Virus record (IMG/VR): IMGVR_UViG_3300031248_000010
Coordinates: 1-26,658 of that record
DNA length: 26,658 bases
DNA from: a virus
Lineage: Duplodnaviria; Caudoviricetes
Direction: 5' to 3' (one strand)
In this document: positions 25,782-26,658 of the stretch, one piece after another
Layout: each line of letters begins with the position of its first letter
How positions within the stretch are numbered: the first letter of the stretch is position 1
Position numbers and translations under genes: made by a program
Notes under the pieces: generated by a model
Seen by the model: only the letters and a program-made list of their open reading frames with translations
What the model was told of the DNA's origin: nothing
The model's database searches: none

Positions 25782-26023
25782 GGGGCATCCCTCGGGGGCA
25801 GCGGTCGCGCAGGAGCATCGTTGACGATGCCGCCAGACAGCGAGGGCTGGACGCGAAGCTTTGTGGAGGTCGGCGCGTCGAAGAAAGCACGCAGCAGATC
25901 GGCGATTTCGTTGGCCGTGATGTTGGCCGCGCGGCCAGCCGGGCTGGTGGCTTGGTCGAGCGCGAAGTTGCCGATGGCGTCGTCCCGCTTTTGCAGGTCG
26001 AACATCCAGATCGGGCCGCTCAC
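25778..26023 (-). CDS. Hypothetical protein
   Basis: GTGA coupling to the J-domain gene and ATGA coupling to the next gene. Confidence 0.55.
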   Translation of the reverse strand: MSGPIWMFDLQKRDDAIGNFALDQATSPAGRAANITANEIADLLRAFFDAPTSTKLRVQPSLSGGIVNDAPARPLPPRDAP

Positions 26024-26652
26024 GCTCGCAGCTCCTGCTGCGCCATGACCCATGCCTGCTGCACGAGGTTGAACTTGTCGGCGTCTCCGCCGTCGCGGTC
26101 GGGGTGCGTCTCGGAAGCGCGCTGGCGATAAGCCTGCTTCACCTCCTCGAAGGTCTTGGCCGCAGGGCAGCCGAGCACGACGCGCCAGGGCGGCACGCCG
26201 GCCGTCTCCGGTGACGGCAGCGCCTGGAACCCGGTGAACATCGCGGCGAGGTCAGCGACGCCGTAGCGCTCGATCGCGCGCGTCGCTTCGATGTGAGCGG
26301 CCAGCGCGCAGATGTTGTGCTCGACCAGCCGGTACGTGTCACACGGCAGACAGTGCGGCTTGCCCTTGAGCTGGAAATAGAGCGCGACGCCGGGATCTGT
26401 TGGGCGCGGCTGGTCGCTTCGCGGCAATCCGTCTATCCGCGTGCGCAGATTTGTGGAAAGCACGACCTCGCGCGCACCGATGCGATCAAGCTCGGCTTGG
26501 AGGCGCTGGCAGGCGTCGGCGACGGAAACGTCCTCCTTGGAGCGCCAAGCGTTGTCACCACGGACAACACTCTTTCCGAACCGCCCGAATTCTCGGTTCG
26601 TTCGGCGCGGCTTGTTTAACGGCCAGCAGAGCGGGTAGGCGGTGACGGTCAT
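26020..26652 (-). CDS. Phage J-domain (DnaJ-like) protein
   Basis: C-terminal VKQAYRQRASETHPDRDGG..KF J-domain with HPD. Family-typical N-terminus AYPLCWP, VVLSTN, DPGVALYF, CDTY...N. Confidence 0.9.
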   Translation of the reverse strand: MTVTAYPLCWPLNKPRRTNREFGRFGKSVVRGDNAWRSKEDVSVADACQRLQAELDRIGAREVVLSTNLRTRIDGLPRSDQPRPTDPGVALYFQLKGKPHCLPCDTYRLVEHNICALAAHIEATRAIERYGVADLAAMFTGFQALPSPETAGVPPWRVVLGCPAAKTFEEVKQAYRQRASETHPDRDGGDADKFNLVQQAWVMAQQELRA

Positions 26653-26658
26653 GCCTGC

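Overview
A 26.7-kb, high-GC segment of a tailed dsDNA phage or prophage with a short-tailed (podovirus) virion module of the BPP-1/epsilon15/T7-like type. The + strand (1-20852) carries, in order: a 5'-truncated beta-rich orphan, a Bbp19-like gene, scaffold, HNH endonuclease, a small HeH/LEM-like protein, major capsid, cement, tail tubular A and B, four internal-virion (ejection) proteins, terminase, tailspike and a full lysis cassette. The - strand (20849-26652) is a convergent early-type operon: J-domain protein, small hypotheticals, RecE-like exonuclease, an Ala/Asp-repeat protein, Sak4-like ATPase and a second HNH. No portal, integrase, polymerase, tRNA, CRISPR or DGR is visible. Best leads: (1) the four ejection proteins (2280 aa) contain only two cysteines, and they sit on either side of one gene junction, suggesting a disulfide-stapled split ejection protein; (2) an in-frame A_AAA_AAG slippery site lies just before a 93-codon binary GCC/GAC repeat; (3) the terminase carries an insertion resembling the tail-fibre attachment domain; (4) related structured leaders precede both capsid-shell genes. 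All family assignments come from motif recognition by eye, not database searches.
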